From: Candidatus Latescibacterota bacterium
GTDB taxonomy: Bacteria > Latescibacterota > UBA2968 > UBA8231
NCBI GenBank assembly: GCA_965203175.1
Contig: OZ241867.1
Location: 5,568,001-5,632,000 of the forward strand
DNA: 64,000 nucleotides
Direction: 5' to 3'
The position numbers were made by a program, and so were the translations under genes. Positions 9,804-19,459 of the stretch are shown here, piece after piece (the first letter of the stretch is position 1; every line of letters starts with the position of its first letter). Under the pieces are notes generated by a model, which worked only from the letters and a program-made list of their open reading frames with translations, was not told the origin of the DNA and made no database searches.

Positions 9804-9883
9804 CCTGCATCTGTTGCTATATCTATATATTAAATTTATATTTTAGCTTCTTTGCCGCATTCTACCACTCGACGCATCGGCCC

Positions 9884-11212
9884 ATGTTTGACCGACTCAG
9901 CGAACGCTTTGACGACCTCTTCCGCTCGCTCCGCGGACAGGGACGCATCACCGAGCGCAACATCGACGATACGCTGCGCCAGATTCGCCGCTCTCTGCTC
10001 GAAGCCGACGTCAACTTCAAGGTCGCCAAGGACTTTATTCAGCGGGTCAAAGAGCAGGCCCTCGGCCAAAACGTCCTCAAGAGCCTGACCCCGGGCCAGC
10101 AGCTAGTCAAAATCGTCCACAGCGAGCTCATCGCCCTGTTGGGGGGCAACAATAGCCCGCTCAATCTCGCCGAGCACCCTCCCACCGTCGTTATGCTCGT
10201 CGGCCTGCAGGGCTGTGGCAAGACGACTATGGCTGCCAAGCTAGCCCGTCAGTTCAAGGACAAAGGCCGACCGCCGCTGTTGATCGCCGCCGACGTGTAT
10301 CGCCCGGCCGCCGTGGATCAGCTCCAATCGCTGGGAGCCTCTATCGACGTGCCCGTTTTCAGTCAACCCGCAGGTGTCGATCCAGTCGCCATCTGCCGTC
10401 GCGGCATCGACCAAGCCCGCCAGACCCACCGCAGCATCGCGCTCATAGACACGGCGGGCCGCCTGAGTATCGATGAAGAGATGATGGACGAACTAGATCG
10501 CATCCAGCAGGCCGTCGAGCCGCACGAGATCCTCTTTGTCGCCGACAGCATGCTGGGCCAAGACGCCGTAGAAACCGCCGCCCGCTTTAACCAGCGCCTC
10601 GCGTTTACCGGCTGTGCCCTGACCAAGCTCGACAGCGACGCCCGCGGCGGAGCAGCACTGTCGGTCCGCGCCGTCACGGGCCAGCCGATCAAATTCGTCG
10701 GCACCGGCGAGAAAATCGAAGATCTAGAGTCTTTTCACCCTGACCGCATGGCCTCGCGCATCCTCGGCATGGGCGACATTGTCTCACTGGCAGAAAAGGC
10801 CGAACAAGCCATGGAGCGCGACAAGGCCAAAGAGTTAGAAGAAAAATTTCGCCGGGCCTCTTTCACTTTTGAGGATTTTCTCTCGCAGTTGCAAGCGGTG
10901 CGCCGCATGGGGCCTCTGGACCAGCTCATGGGCATGATTCCCGGAGGAGGCAAAGCCGCCAAGAACATGCAGCTCGACGACAGCGCATTCACCCAAGTCG
11001 AGGCCATCATCAACTCCATGACCCGCCAAGAGCGAGTCCAACCCAAAATTCTCAACGGCAGCCGCCGCAAGCGCATCGCTCGCGGCAGTGGCACAACAAT
11101 CCAAGAGGTGAACCAACTAGTCAAACAATTTCACATGATGCAGAAAATGATCCGACAGATGGGCCGCGCCAAAGGCGGCCGCTTGAAAATGAGAATGCCC
11201 CTCGTGGGCTAG
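9884..11212 (+). CDS. ffh: Signal recognition particle protein Ffh
   Basis: GLQGCGKTT, DTAGR, TKLD, RGGAALS and M-domain RIARGSG. Confidence 0.98.
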   Translation: MFDRLSERFDDLFRSLRGQGRITERNIDDTLRQIRRSLLEADVNFKVAKDFIQRVKEQALGQNVLKSLTPGQQLVKIVHSELIALLGGNNSPLNLAEHPPTVVMLVGLQGCGKTTMAAKLARQFKDKGRPPLLIAADVYRPAAVDQLQSLGASIDVPVFSQPAGVDPVAICRRGIDQARQTHRSIALIDTAGRLSIDEEMMDELDRIQQAVEPHEILFVADSMLGQDAVETAARFNQRLAFTGCALTKLDSDARGGAALSVRAVTGQPIKFVGTGEKIEDLESFHPDRMASRILGMGDIVSLAEKAEQAMERDKAKELEEKFRRASFTFEDFLSQLQAVRRMGPLDQLMGMIPGGGKAAKNMQLDDSAFTQVEAIINSMTRQERVQPKILNGSRRKRIARGSGTTIQEVNQLVKQFHMMQKMIRQMGRAKGGRLKMRMPLVG

Positions 11213-11237
11213 GCATCCTTCGCCAAGGAGAATAGCA

Positions 11238-11747
11238 TTGGTCAAACTTCGCCTTAAGAGAATAGGCAAACGCAAACAGCCTTATTACCGGATCGTCGCC
11301 GCCCACATTAGCGTCGCCCGCAACGGCCGATCCCTCGCAGAGGTGGGCTTCTACGATCCCATGCACGCCAGCGTCAAAATCGACGAAGAGCGGGCCATAG
11401 AGTGGCTCAACAAAGGTGCGCAGATGAGCGAAACCGTCGCCGACCTCTTCCACAGCCAAGGAGTATTGGCCCGCTGGAAGGGAGCAGAGGGCCGGGTGCG
11501 CGACGACGCTCTCACCGGCGACAAACCCAAGCGCCGGCGCAAGAAAGCCGCGGCTGCGCCAGTCCAACCGGCTGAACCGGTCGAGCAAGAAGCCGCTGAA
11601 TCAACCGAACCGGCTGAACAAGAAGAAGCTGCGCCAGCCGAACAGGAAGCCGCTGAATCGACTGAACCAGCCGAGCAAGAAGAAGCTGAACCGGTCGAGC
11701 AAGAAGCCGCTGAATCGGCTGAACCAGCCGAGCAAGAGAAAAAATAG
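11238..11747 (+). CDS. rpsP: 30S ribosomal protein S16 with acidic repeat tail
   Basis: MVKLRLKRIG..PYYRIV..GFYDP..WL.KGAQ.SETV; operon context. Confidence 0.95.
   Translation: MVKLRLKRIGKRKQPYYRIVAAHISVARNGRSLAEVGFYDPMHASVKIDEERAIEWLNKGAQMSETVADLFHSQGVLARWKGAEGRVRDDALTGDKPKRRRKKAAAAPVQPAEPVEQEAAESTEPAEQEEAAPAEQEAAESTEPAEQEEAEPVEQEAAESAEPAEQEKK
11571..11741 (+). repeat. Three 57-bp in-frame tandem repeats in rpsP
   Basis: AEPVEQEAAESTEPAEQEE / AAPAEQEAAESTEPAEQEE / AEPVEQEAAESAEPAEQEK. Confidence 0.9.
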
Positions 11748-11758
11748 AGAGATACCCC

Positions 11759-12268
11759 ATGGCCGGGCGCGTCGCCGTAGCCTATATCTCCCGTCCGTGG
11801 GGAGTGCGCGGCGAAGTTCGAGCCCAAGCCTTGACGCACCGCGTCGAGCGCTTCAGCGACCTGCGGGACGTCGTCCTCCAATGCGCGGGCCGACCCGACC
11901 GACCGCTCGAACTCAAGCGCTGGCGCGTAGATGCCAAGAGCTTGTTGCTCAAATTCGCCGGTATCGACGCGCCCGAACTAGCGCGTTCCGTTCTGGTCGG
12001 GGGCTATGTCACCATCGCCCCAGATCAGCGCGATCCCCTGCCGGAGGGCACGCACTACATCGACGACTTAGTGAATTGCGCGGTCGTCAATTCGGCAGGA
12101 GAGCCATTGGGCCACATCGTCGAGGTCTTATCCCTGCCGACTACAGACGCCTACGTGGTCCGCGGTGCCAAAGGCGAAGCCCTCGTGCCGGCCGTCGGCG
12201 ACTTTGTCGTGGAAATCGCGCCGGGTCGGGTCGTCGTGCAGGGCGTTGCAGAGTTGTTTGAGCCATGA
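11759..12268 (+). CDS. rimM: 16S rRNA processing protein RimM
   Basis: PWGVRGEV, LPEG.HY..DL and PRC barrel; lies between rpsP and trmD. Confidence 0.92.
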   Translation: MAGRVAVAYISRPWGVRGEVRAQALTHRVERFSDLRDVVLQCAGRPDRPLELKRWRVDAKSLLLKFAGIDAPELARSVLVGGYVTIAPDQRDPLPEGTHYIDDLVNCAVVNSAGEPLGHIVEVLSLPTTDAYVVRGAKGEALVPAVGDFVVEIAPGRVVVQGVAELFEP

Positions 12269-13005
12269 AAATAGACATTGTAACGCTCTTCCCGGATTTT
12301 TTCGCCTCGCCGTTGGCGACTAGCATGATGGCCCGCGCCATCGCCCAGGGCCTGCTGACCGTCGAGACCCACGACCCGCGCGATTGTGCGACCGACAAAC
12401 ACCGCACCGTGGACGATGCGCCGTACGGCGGCGGCGGCGGCATGGTCCTCAAGCCCGAGCCTGTGTACCAGCTCTGGCAGGAGCGGGGTCTAGCAGCCGG
12501 CCGCTGCATTTACCTGACGGCCGACGGCCAGCCGCTCAACCAAGCGCTAGCAGTCGAGTTGGCGCTCGAGGAGCGGTTGGTGCTGTTGTGCGGGCATTAC
12601 AAAGGAGTAGATGAACGCATACGCACCGGGCTTATCGACCGTGAAATTTCAATCGGCGACTACGTGCTCACCGGCGGCGAGCCAGCCGCCCTCGTCCTCA
12701 TCGACGCGGTGGCCCGGCTCATACCCAATGTGTTGGGCAACTTTTCTTCGGCCTTGGACGACTCATTCCAAGAGGCCGTACTCGATTGCCCTTGGTACAC
12801 TCGGCCGATTGAATTCCGCGGCCAACGCGTCCCCGATGCGCTGCTTTCTGGGGATCACGAGCGCATAGAGCACTGGCGGCGACGCCAAGCCCTGCGGCGC
12901 ACGTTTGCGCGTCGGCCCGACTTGCTGCAACAGATCGAACTCGACGAAGAAGAACAACAGCTCATCGCCACTTGGCGGAAGCAAGGGCTGGAAGAAGCCC
13001 CGTAA
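12265..13005 (+). CDS. trmD: tRNA (m1G37) methyltransferase
   Basis: [26 protein letters not shown] and [11 protein letters not shown] motifs. Confidence 0.97.
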   Translation: MKIDIVTLFPDFFASPLATSMMARAIAQGLLTVETHDPRDCATDKHRTVDDAPYGGGGGMVLKPEPVYQLWQERGLAAGRCIYLTADGQPLNQALAVELALEERLVLLCGHYKGVDERIRTGLIDREISIGDYVLTGGEPAALVLIDAVARLIPNVLGNFSSALDDSFQEAVLDCPWYTRPIEFRGQRVPDALLSGDHERIEHWRRRQALRRTFARRPDLLQQIELDEEEQQLIATWRKQGLEEAP

Positions 13006-13021
13006 CAAACAAGGTGATACA

Positions 13022-13375
13022 ATGGACGCAAGTATTCTGCGCGAACTAACCTCGGACCTACTCAAAACCGATCTTCCCGAATTCGGCGCTGGCGACACCG
13101 TGCGCATCCACGTGCGAGTCATCGAGGGCGACAAGGAGCGCACCCAGATCTTTGAAGGGACTGTCATCCAGCGCAGAGGCAGCGGCATCCAAGAGACTTT
13201 TACCGTGCGCAAAATCTCTCAGGGCATTGCCATCGAGCGCATCTTTCCCATGCACTCGCCGCGCATCGCCAAGATCGAGCGCCTGCGCGAGGGCCGGGTG
13301 CGCCGCGCCCGCCTGTTTTACCTGCGCGGTCGCAAAGGCCGCGCCGCCCGCATCCGCGAAAAGCAGGCGCGGTAA
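13022..13375 (+). CDS. rplS: 50S ribosomal protein L19
   Basis: [36 protein letters not shown]. Confidence 0.97.
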   Translation: MDASILRELTSDLLKTDLPEFGAGDTVRIHVRVIEGDKERTQIFEGTVIQRRGSGIQETFTVRKISQGIAIERIFPMHSPRIAKIERLREGRVRRARLFYLRGRKGRAARIREKQAR

Positions 13376-13389
13376 GCGGAGGCCACGCC

Positions 13390-13623
13390 ATGGCCCAACG
13401 CGGAGACTTGCCTTTTACGCGCAAAAACTGGTCTTTGGCCATAGCCGGCCTAGCCGCGATCGTACTCGGCTATGTGTTTTTGCGCATCCCGCCGGCCGAG
13501 GGTTTCCTCTCCCTCACCCTAGCACCGGTACTCTTAGTGGTCGGCTACTGCGTGCTAATTCCCATGGCAATCTTGGTCCGGGACCAGTCAGCAGACCAGG
13601 AAGACGAGGCTGAACAGACATGA
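13390..13623 (+). CDS. Small two-TM protein (DUF3098-like)
   Basis: LPFTRKNW..GY..SLTLAPVLLVVGY..IP.AI pattern. Confidence 0.65.
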   Translation: MAQRGDLPFTRKNWSLAIAGLAAIVLGYVFLRIPPAEGFLSLTLAPVLLVVGYCVLIPMAILVRDQSADQEDEAEQT

Positions 13624-14468
13624 CCAGCGCCCAACCCATCATCGACGACGGCGTCCACACCGACTACGCCCCGGATCTCTATCGCCACGACACCGAGGCT
13701 CAGCAGGTCGCCCGCTTCGCCGACATTGGCCCCGAGCAGCTAGCCTTCTTTCACCAGCAGGGCTACCTCGTAATAGCAGAGGCGTTTTCTCCCGCCCAAG
13801 TCGCCGACGCTGCCGACGCAGTGTACGACCTAATTGACGGCAAGCAGCCCGAATTTCGCGGCGTCCAACTGGAAACCTCCGCGCAAGGCCAAAAGCTGAC
13901 GGGCGCGGCGCGGCGTAAGGCCGTGCGCAAGCTTATGAAGTTCGTCGATTGGGACGAGCGCTTCCAACCCCTAGCCACCGACCCGGATCTCTTGGACATC
14001 CTCGCCCGCCTGATGGACGACACGCCCGTTCTATTCCAGGAGATGGCCCTACTCAAGCCGCCTAGGGGCCGGGAAAAGCCCTGGCATCAAGACTGCGCGT
14101 ACTTCAACTATCCTCTGGGCACTACCATTATCGGCGTCTGGATCGCCTTAGACCACGCCGACGCGAATAACGGCTGCCTGCACATCCTGCCCGGCACGCA
14201 TCGCGAGGGCCCAGTCAATCACTTCAAACGCCGCGATTGGCAGATCTGCGACACCGATGTCCAAGCCGAGCGCGACGTCGTCGTGCCCCTCGCCCCTGGC
14301 GGTTGCCTGCTCTGGCACGGCATGACCCACCACGGCAGCCCGACCAACCCCTCGCAAAAAATGCGCCGCGCCCTGCAACTGCACTACCGACCCGCCAACG
14401 CCGGCCAGATCGACACCGACGAGCGCATGCAGCACTTCGGCGGCGAAGTGCGCGGTGCCGAGTGCTGA
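13620..14468 (+). CDS. PhyH-family Fe(II)/2OG dioxygenase
   Basis: KPP..PWHQD, WIALD..NGCL..PGTH, HHGS and RRA motifs. Confidence 0.9.
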   Translation: MTSAQPIIDDGVHTDYAPDLYRHDTEAQQVARFADIGPEQLAFFHQQGYLVIAEAFSPAQVADAADAVYDLIDGKQPEFRGVQLETSAQGQKLTGAARRKAVRKLMKFVDWDERFQPLATDPDLLDILARLMDDTPVLFQEMALLKPPRGREKPWHQDCAYFNYPLGTTIIGVWIALDHADANNGCLHILPGTHREGPVNHFKRRDWQICDTDVQAERDVVVPLAPGGCLLWHGMTHHGSPTNPSQKMRRALQLHYRPANAGQIDTDERMQHFGGEVRGAEC

Positions 14469-14522
14469 ACGCTACTTCGATCTGACCTTCATACCCAGCA
14501 ACGTTTGAGGAGGGCTAATCCG

Positions 14523-15767
14523 ATGCAATTCATCCAACGCCTTCGCATGGGCGGCTTGCTGTCGTTTCCTCCAGATATGGACTTCTTTGAATTGCAACCA
14601 TTGAACGTCCTTATCGGTCCGAACGCCTCGGGAAAAACGAACTTCATCGAAGTATTGGAACTCCTGCGTGCCACACCGACGGACTTCGCTGCCGCAATCC
14701 GAGACGGGGGTGGGGCACAGGAGTGGACGTGGAAAGGCGATTATACCAAGCATATGATTGAAGAAGTAATGAGGGGCAGAGATCCGGAAGATGTATTGAA
14801 CTTGTCTCCCAAGGCCTCGACCATAGAAGTCGAAATCAGTCGAGGTCAGAGAATCGTCCAACCATTAAAATATCGTCTGTCGTTTACCGCTATCAGCTCC
14901 CGAGTCAATATCATAGCCGAGTCCATCGAGAAGGTGAATACCCGGCAGGGGGACAAGCCGTACTTCTACTACACATTCCAACAAGGGCTCCCGGCGATCA
15001 ACATTCGAGTACGGAGACCAGGGGGACGGACCGAGGAATTACCGTTGCAATCTGACGAACTCTCCCTGGATCAATCCGTCCTTGCGCAGCGCAAGGATCG
15101 GGATCTCTATCCGGCACTCTATCAACTCGGGTGGCAGTTCCTGTTAATACAGACGTTCCGCGAGTGGACGTTTGGTCGTTACAGTGCGCTGCGACAACCG
15201 CAACGCGTCGATCTTCCGGAGAAACGGTTACTCCCCGACTCCAGCAATCTTGCGCTGGTACTCAATCAGATCGAGCATAAGTCTGGACCGACACTCAATG
15301 AACATCTGAGGCGCTTCTTTCCCCGATTTGAGCGCATATCTACTGTAATCTCAGGTGGCACCGTGCAGTTCTACCTGCACGAACCCGGCTTCCGTGCGCC
15401 AATTCCCCCAACCCGGCTATCTGATGGCACCATCCGATTTATCGCGCTGCTGGCGACTCTGCTGGCCCCGGAGCCGCCGTCGCTGGTTTGCATAGAAGAG
15501 CCAGAACTCGGATTGCATCCCGACGCAGTGGCGCTACTGGCCGACCTGCTCGTTGAAGCCTCCCAACGGATGCAGCTCGTGGTCACGACGCATTCCGACG
15601 CCCTTGTGTCGGCGCTGACCAATCAGCCGGCCGCCATCGTCACCTGCGAACGACCAGGAGCCAGCACCGTGTTGCGCCGCCTTGATCCCGAAAAGCTCGC
15701 TAGTTGGCTAGACGACTATCGACTCGGAGACCTGTGGCGGATGGGCGAGCTTGGAGCCAACCCTTGA
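14523..15767 (+). CDS. ABC-type ATPase (AAA_21), putative defence component
   Basis: Walker A GPNASGKT, signature LSDGT, Walker B IEEPE, H-loop TTHS; no TM partner gene. Confidence 0.88.
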   Translation: MQFIQRLRMGGLLSFPPDMDFFELQPLNVLIGPNASGKTNFIEVLELLRATPTDFAAAIRDGGGAQEWTWKGDYTKHMIEEVMRGRDPEDVLNLSPKASTIEVEISRGQRIVQPLKYRLSFTAISSRVNIIAESIEKVNTRQGDKPYFYYTFQQGLPAINIRVRRPGGRTEELPLQSDELSLDQSVLAQRKDRDLYPALYQLGWQFLLIQTFREWTFGRYSALRQPQRVDLPEKRLLPDSSNLALVLNQIEHKSGPTLNEHLRRFFPRFERISTVISGGTVQFYLHEPGFRAPIPPTRLSDGTIRFIALLATLLAPEPPSLVCIEEPELGLHPDAVALLADLLVEASQRMQLVVTTHSDALVSALTNQPAAIVTCERPGASTVLRRLDPEKLASWLDDYRLGDLWRMGELGANP

Positions 15768-16378
15768 GCAGTATCGCCATCTACATGGAAGGTGGAGGGG
15801 ACGGCAAAGAAAATCGAGCTGCTCTTCGCCAAGGGATGGACACGTTTCTTCAGCCGCTTAAGGAAGCTGCCAGAAATAAGGCGTTACCTTGGAAGTTGGT
15901 CTGTTGTGGGCCACGCAACGAGGCGTTCAAACACTTTATAGATGCCGTCAACAGCAGTGCCGATGTGGTGAATGTCTTGCTGGTGGATGCAGAAGGGCCG
16001 GTGAACCAGTCGGCCCGAGACCACCTGCAAGATCGGGAGGGATGGGATCTGAGATTTATCGAAGAACACACCGTTCACCTCATGGTGCAAACGATGGAAG
16101 CCTGGATTGTCGCTGACTCAGAGACCCTGAAAAGCTACTACGGGCAAGGCTTCAGGGCGAAGCAACTGCCAAGGTCGAAGAACCTTGAAAGTGTGCCCAA
16201 GACTGACGTTGAAAGCTCCCTAAGTGAGGCGACGAAGGACACGCAGAAGAAGAGCTACCACAAAATCAGGCACGCAGGCGATTTGCTGAAACGGATTGAT
16301 GCAGGGAAGGTGAAGGCGCGGTGCGCTCACTGCCGACGGTTGTTTGAAGCACTTGGGGAGATAGTCGATTCGGTCTGA
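15764..16378 (+). CDS. DUF4276-family (TOPRIM/RloB-like) protein
   Basis: IYMEGGG, LLVDAE, MEAW and YHKIRH; TTG start overlaps the ATPase TGA. Confidence 0.8.
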   Translation: MSSIAIYMEGGGDGKENRAALRQGMDTFLQPLKEAARNKALPWKLVCCGPRNEAFKHFIDAVNSSADVVNVLLVDAEGPVNQSARDHLQDREGWDLRFIEEHTVHLMVQTMEAWIVADSETLKSYYGQGFRAKQLPRSKNLESVPKTDVESSLSEATKDTQKKSYHKIRHAGDLLKRIDAGKVKARCAHCRRLFEALGEIVDSV

Positions 16379-16468
16379 TATAAGGAATCGGGGCGACGAT
16401 CTTCGCTTGATCTCGGCCCAACCAGCCACGCCATGTGAAATGACTTTCCGTGAACGGTAGTGAATGCA

Positions 16469-16702
16469 CTACCTGTGAATGAGACAGTCTTTTAGATATG
16501 ATGCCCACTTGAGCTTTTTCTTTGTCTGTACGCAATCCTGTAGATACAGATCAATCAAGCTCTGGTATGGAATACCCGTCTCATCCGCCAAATCCTTAAA
16601 ATACGCAATCACATCCGTCCCCAAACGAAGTGTAACCTGCTTCTTAAGATGCTTTTCATAGGGATTCCGGACGGACTTCGAGAAATCGTATTCTTTCCTC
16701 AT
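16469..16702 (-). CDS. BrnA-family antitoxin
   Basis: MRKEYDFSKSVRNPY..LKKQVTLRL..DVIAYFK..A.ETGIPYQSLI.LYL. Confidence 0.88.
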   Translation of the reverse strand: MRKEYDFSKSVRNPYEKHLKKQVTLRLGTDVIAYFKDLADETGIPYQSLIDLYLQDCVQTKKKLKWASYLKDCLIHR

Positions 16703-16776
16703 CACATGAACCTTTCGTGTTGTCGCTGTTCGTTCCTGTTGGCCTTTCGAGCTAAAATAATCTTGATCACTGCATC
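16702..16776 (-). pseudogene. C-terminal remnant of a BrnT toxin
   Basis: Manual translation DAVIKIILARKANRNEQRQHERFM*, matching the BrnT 'IRIISARKA..E..Y' end; its TGA overlaps the antitoxin ATG. Confidence 0.75.
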
Positions 16777-17645
16777 TAAATTTTACCCCCCTCCAAGCGC
16801 AACGTCGCCGCGTCGATAAAACCACCCTCCACTTGGCGAGCAGCCAACGCAGCCGCACGCTGAGCAGCCGTAGCAATCCCCACCCCTCGGTGCAGCCGAT
16901 GCGCCAAATACGCGGCGAAAAACACGTCTCCAGCCCCCGTTGGATCGGCGACCGTCTCCACCGGAGCCGACGTAAATTTCGTCCGCTGCCCTTCCCGACT
17001 GGCGACCCAGCCGCCGTGCGAGCCTTCGGTGACGACCCACTCTGCTACCGAGCAATCGCGCATCAACTGGTCCAGCGTCAGACCCCAATCGGCGAGTACG
17101 AGTTCTAATTCATCGTTGGAAGTTTTGACGTAGTCCGCGCATTGCAGAGCGGCATACAGACTTTTAGCAATCCCCTGGTACACCTGCGTCCCCTCAATCT
17201 GCCGCGCATAGCCTTGGATGTCCAAGCTCACCACGCCGTCCATCGCCGTCAGCACATCCTCGGCCAGATCACGCGGATGCAGCGGCCCCAAATGCACGTG
17301 CTCCACGCCGGCGAGTACCGGCCCGAGTTGGGCTGCGGCAATCGGCGCGGCGCAAGCGAGCAACTCCTGACGCCGTGCGTCGCCATCGACGTAGTTGACA
17401 AAACAGGTCGTCGCCGCGCTCTCGCCCATATAGACTGCAATACCCCGTTGCTGCAACACCGCCAGCATCGCCCGGTCGGCCGCGGCGACGTTGGTCAACA
17501 CCCGTGTCTCCACGCCCAACTCGGCAAAGGTCAGTCCAGCGTACGCGACTACTCCCCCGCGCTTGTACGCGCTCGTGCCGCCTTGCACCACGCGGTCAAT
17601 CGTCGCCGAACCAATGACTGCCACCGCACCCATATCAGACTTCAT
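16776..17645 (-). CDS. PfkB-family carbohydrate kinase
   Basis: GSATID..GG, VTEG..G and ADPTGAGDVF motifs. Confidence 0.9.
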   Translation of the reverse strand: MKSDMGAVAVIGSATIDRVVQGGTSAYKRGGVVAYAGLTFAELGVETRVLTNVAAADRAMLAVLQQRGIAVYMGESAATTCFVNYVDGDARRQELLACAAPIAAAQLGPVLAGVEHVHLGPLHPRDLAEDVLTAMDGVVSLDIQGYARQIEGTQVYQGIAKSLYAALQCADYVKTSNDELELVLADWGLTLDQLMRDCSVAEWVVTEGSHGGWVASREGQRTKFTSAPVETVADPTGAGDVFFAAYLAHRLHRGVGIATAAQRAAALAARQVEGGFIDAATLRLEGGKI

Positions 17646-17789
17646 CAGATCGGCGGCTCAAAAGAGCACATCGAGCTATAATCCACTGTGTCGTCATAGT
17701 GCGCGACCGCGACAAGAGATTTACTCACCTCGGGTCGATGTTTATTTTTATAGTCCATGCTATCGCGCACCAGAGTAAAGGAGCTTTCC

Positions 17790-18521
17790 ATGCCCTCTCG
17801 ACGCCAGCCCGACGGCCGCCCCGAATGGCGCAGTGTTGACGAAATGTTGGCCCAAGCCATAGCGGGCGAGGATTTTGCCACGCTGCCCGGCAAAGGGCAA
17901 CCCCTCGATCTGAGCGCTTACTTTGCCAGCGGCCCCGAACACCGCATCGCCGGCAAACTGCTCAAGGACAACGCGGTTTTACCCCAAACTTTACAGGACC
18001 GCCGCGACGCCGAACAGCTCTGCATCCAAGCCAGCCAAACACTGGCGACGCAAAAGAAATACCTGTCGGCCTTAAAGGACAAAATTTGTGCCCAAGCCCC
18101 GGCCCTGTGCCGCTTCTTTCCCGACCGCCCAACCGCATTGGCCGCCCTCGGCCTACCGACTTGGCCCGAATATTTCTCCGAACCAGAGAATGCGCCCTTG
18201 CCCGCTCGTCGCGTCTTGCTCGACGGTGCTAAACGCCTAGCCGAACTCGTCACCGCCTACAATCGCCGCATCGAAGTCGCCATCGCCGAATACTTAGACT
18301 CTCTGCGCCAAGCCAATACTTGCGTCGAGCGGCTCAACCAACAAGTGGCCTTCTCGCGGCACTTGCCCGCCGGCTTACAGCTTAAGGCCGCAGACCTCAC
18401 CGAGGCCGAAGCCCAAGTGCGCACGTCACTTCCACCCCTGACACCCTTGCCCGCCGATATAGTCCAGCGGTTAGGCCAGTATCACAAAGCGACCCGTCCC
18501 TCGCTCTGGCGGCGGCTCTAA
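17790..18521 (+). CDS. DUF1992-domain protein
   Basis: VDEMLAQAI..EDF..LPGKGQPL..LLKDN..LP; RBS AAGGAG. Confidence 0.75.
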   Translation: MPSRRQPDGRPEWRSVDEMLAQAIAGEDFATLPGKGQPLDLSAYFASGPEHRIAGKLLKDNAVLPQTLQDRRDAEQLCIQASQTLATQKKYLSALKDKICAQAPALCRFFPDRPTALAALGLPTWPEYFSEPENAPLPARRVLLDGAKRLAELVTAYNRRIEVAIAEYLDSLRQANTCVERLNQQVAFSRHLPAGLQLKAADLTEAEAQVRTSLPPLTPLPADIVQRLGQYHKATRPSLWRRL

Positions 18522-19333
18522 AAAAACAGCCGTATAGCCGTCGCTCCCAACACCTGCTCCTGCTCCGCCGCGCTCAGTCCTAGCTCTTCGGTAAACACCG
18601 CCAAGTGCTGGGCATAGGTCGTGTTTTCCAACCAGTGCTCGCACGGAAAATCCGATCCCCAGACACAGCGCTCGGGACCAAAGGCCGCAAGCAAATGGCG
18701 CAGTTGCGGGTGCGTATCGGCGAATGGGTACTCCTGATCCGAACTGGTCACCGCAAAGGTGAGTTTGGCGTGGAGTTGGTCAAAGCGCGCCAAATCCGCC
18801 GCTTGGCGCACCGCTGCGTCCTCGATCCCGTTAGCTCCTACCGGATAGGCGCAGTGGTCCAGCACCACCGGAACGTGGGGAAATCGCTCTAGCAAAGCGG
18901 CCAACTCGCCGAGTTGTTCCCGGCGCAAATGGGCGCAGATTACCGCGCCCACTTCCCCGGCCCGACGCCAGAGCCGCTCTGCTCCAGGCTGGTCGTACCC
19001 CGTAGGTGCGGCTTCGAGGCGGAGTCCCTTGACGTTGTATCCAGTCACCAGCCGCTCCAGTTCGTCCGGGCTATCGTCCCCAGCCGAGTCCAAAGTGCAG
19101 ACCCCAACCGTCCAGTCGGCATTGGCCCGAGCCGTATCGGCCAACAACCGATTGTCCCAGCGATAGGCCGATCCGGTCTGGATCAGCACCACGCGCCCAA
19201 CGCCGTTGGATTGGGCCTCGCGCCGCAAGTGGTCGATAGTCCCCACACCCGGCGACGGCCGGAAGGGGTCTTCTATCATGGGGTATTGCGTCTCGTCTCC
19301 GTGGTAAATATGTGCGTGTGTATCGACGATCAT
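18518..19333 (-). CDS. Amidohydrolase_2-family TIM-barrel hydrolase
   Basis: VDTHAH, VVLDH and WGSDFP motifs. Confidence 0.88.
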   Translation of the reverse strand: MIVDTHAHIYHGDETQYPMIEDPFRPSPGVGTIDHLRREAQSNGVGRVVLIQTGSAYRWDNRLLADTARANADWTVGVCTLDSAGDDSPDELERLVTGYNVKGLRLEAAPTGYDQPGAERLWRRAGEVGAVICAHLRREQLGELAALLERFPHVPVVLDHCAYPVGANGIEDAAVRQAADLARFDQLHAKLTFAVTSSDQEYPFADTHPQLRHLLAAFGPERCVWGSDFPCEHWLENTTYAQHLAVFTEELGLSAAEQEQVLGATAIRLFF

Positions 19334-19459
19334 CGCCGGCTCCTTTCCATTGTCTATGCAACGGGAACATAAAGAACAACTGAACAGTTCAAAACTTGCC
19401 CGAATTCATACGCTAGGTATCTTTTTGTGCAACTTCTCGAAAGAACCCCTGCATAATTC

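Noticed and set aside
11571-11741. Repeat considered as a CRISPR array
   Set aside because: No unique spacers, in-frame coding sequence and no cas genes.
11351-11881. Ser/Ala/Cys repeat ORF on the minus strand
   Set aside because: Antisense of the rpsP repeat tail.
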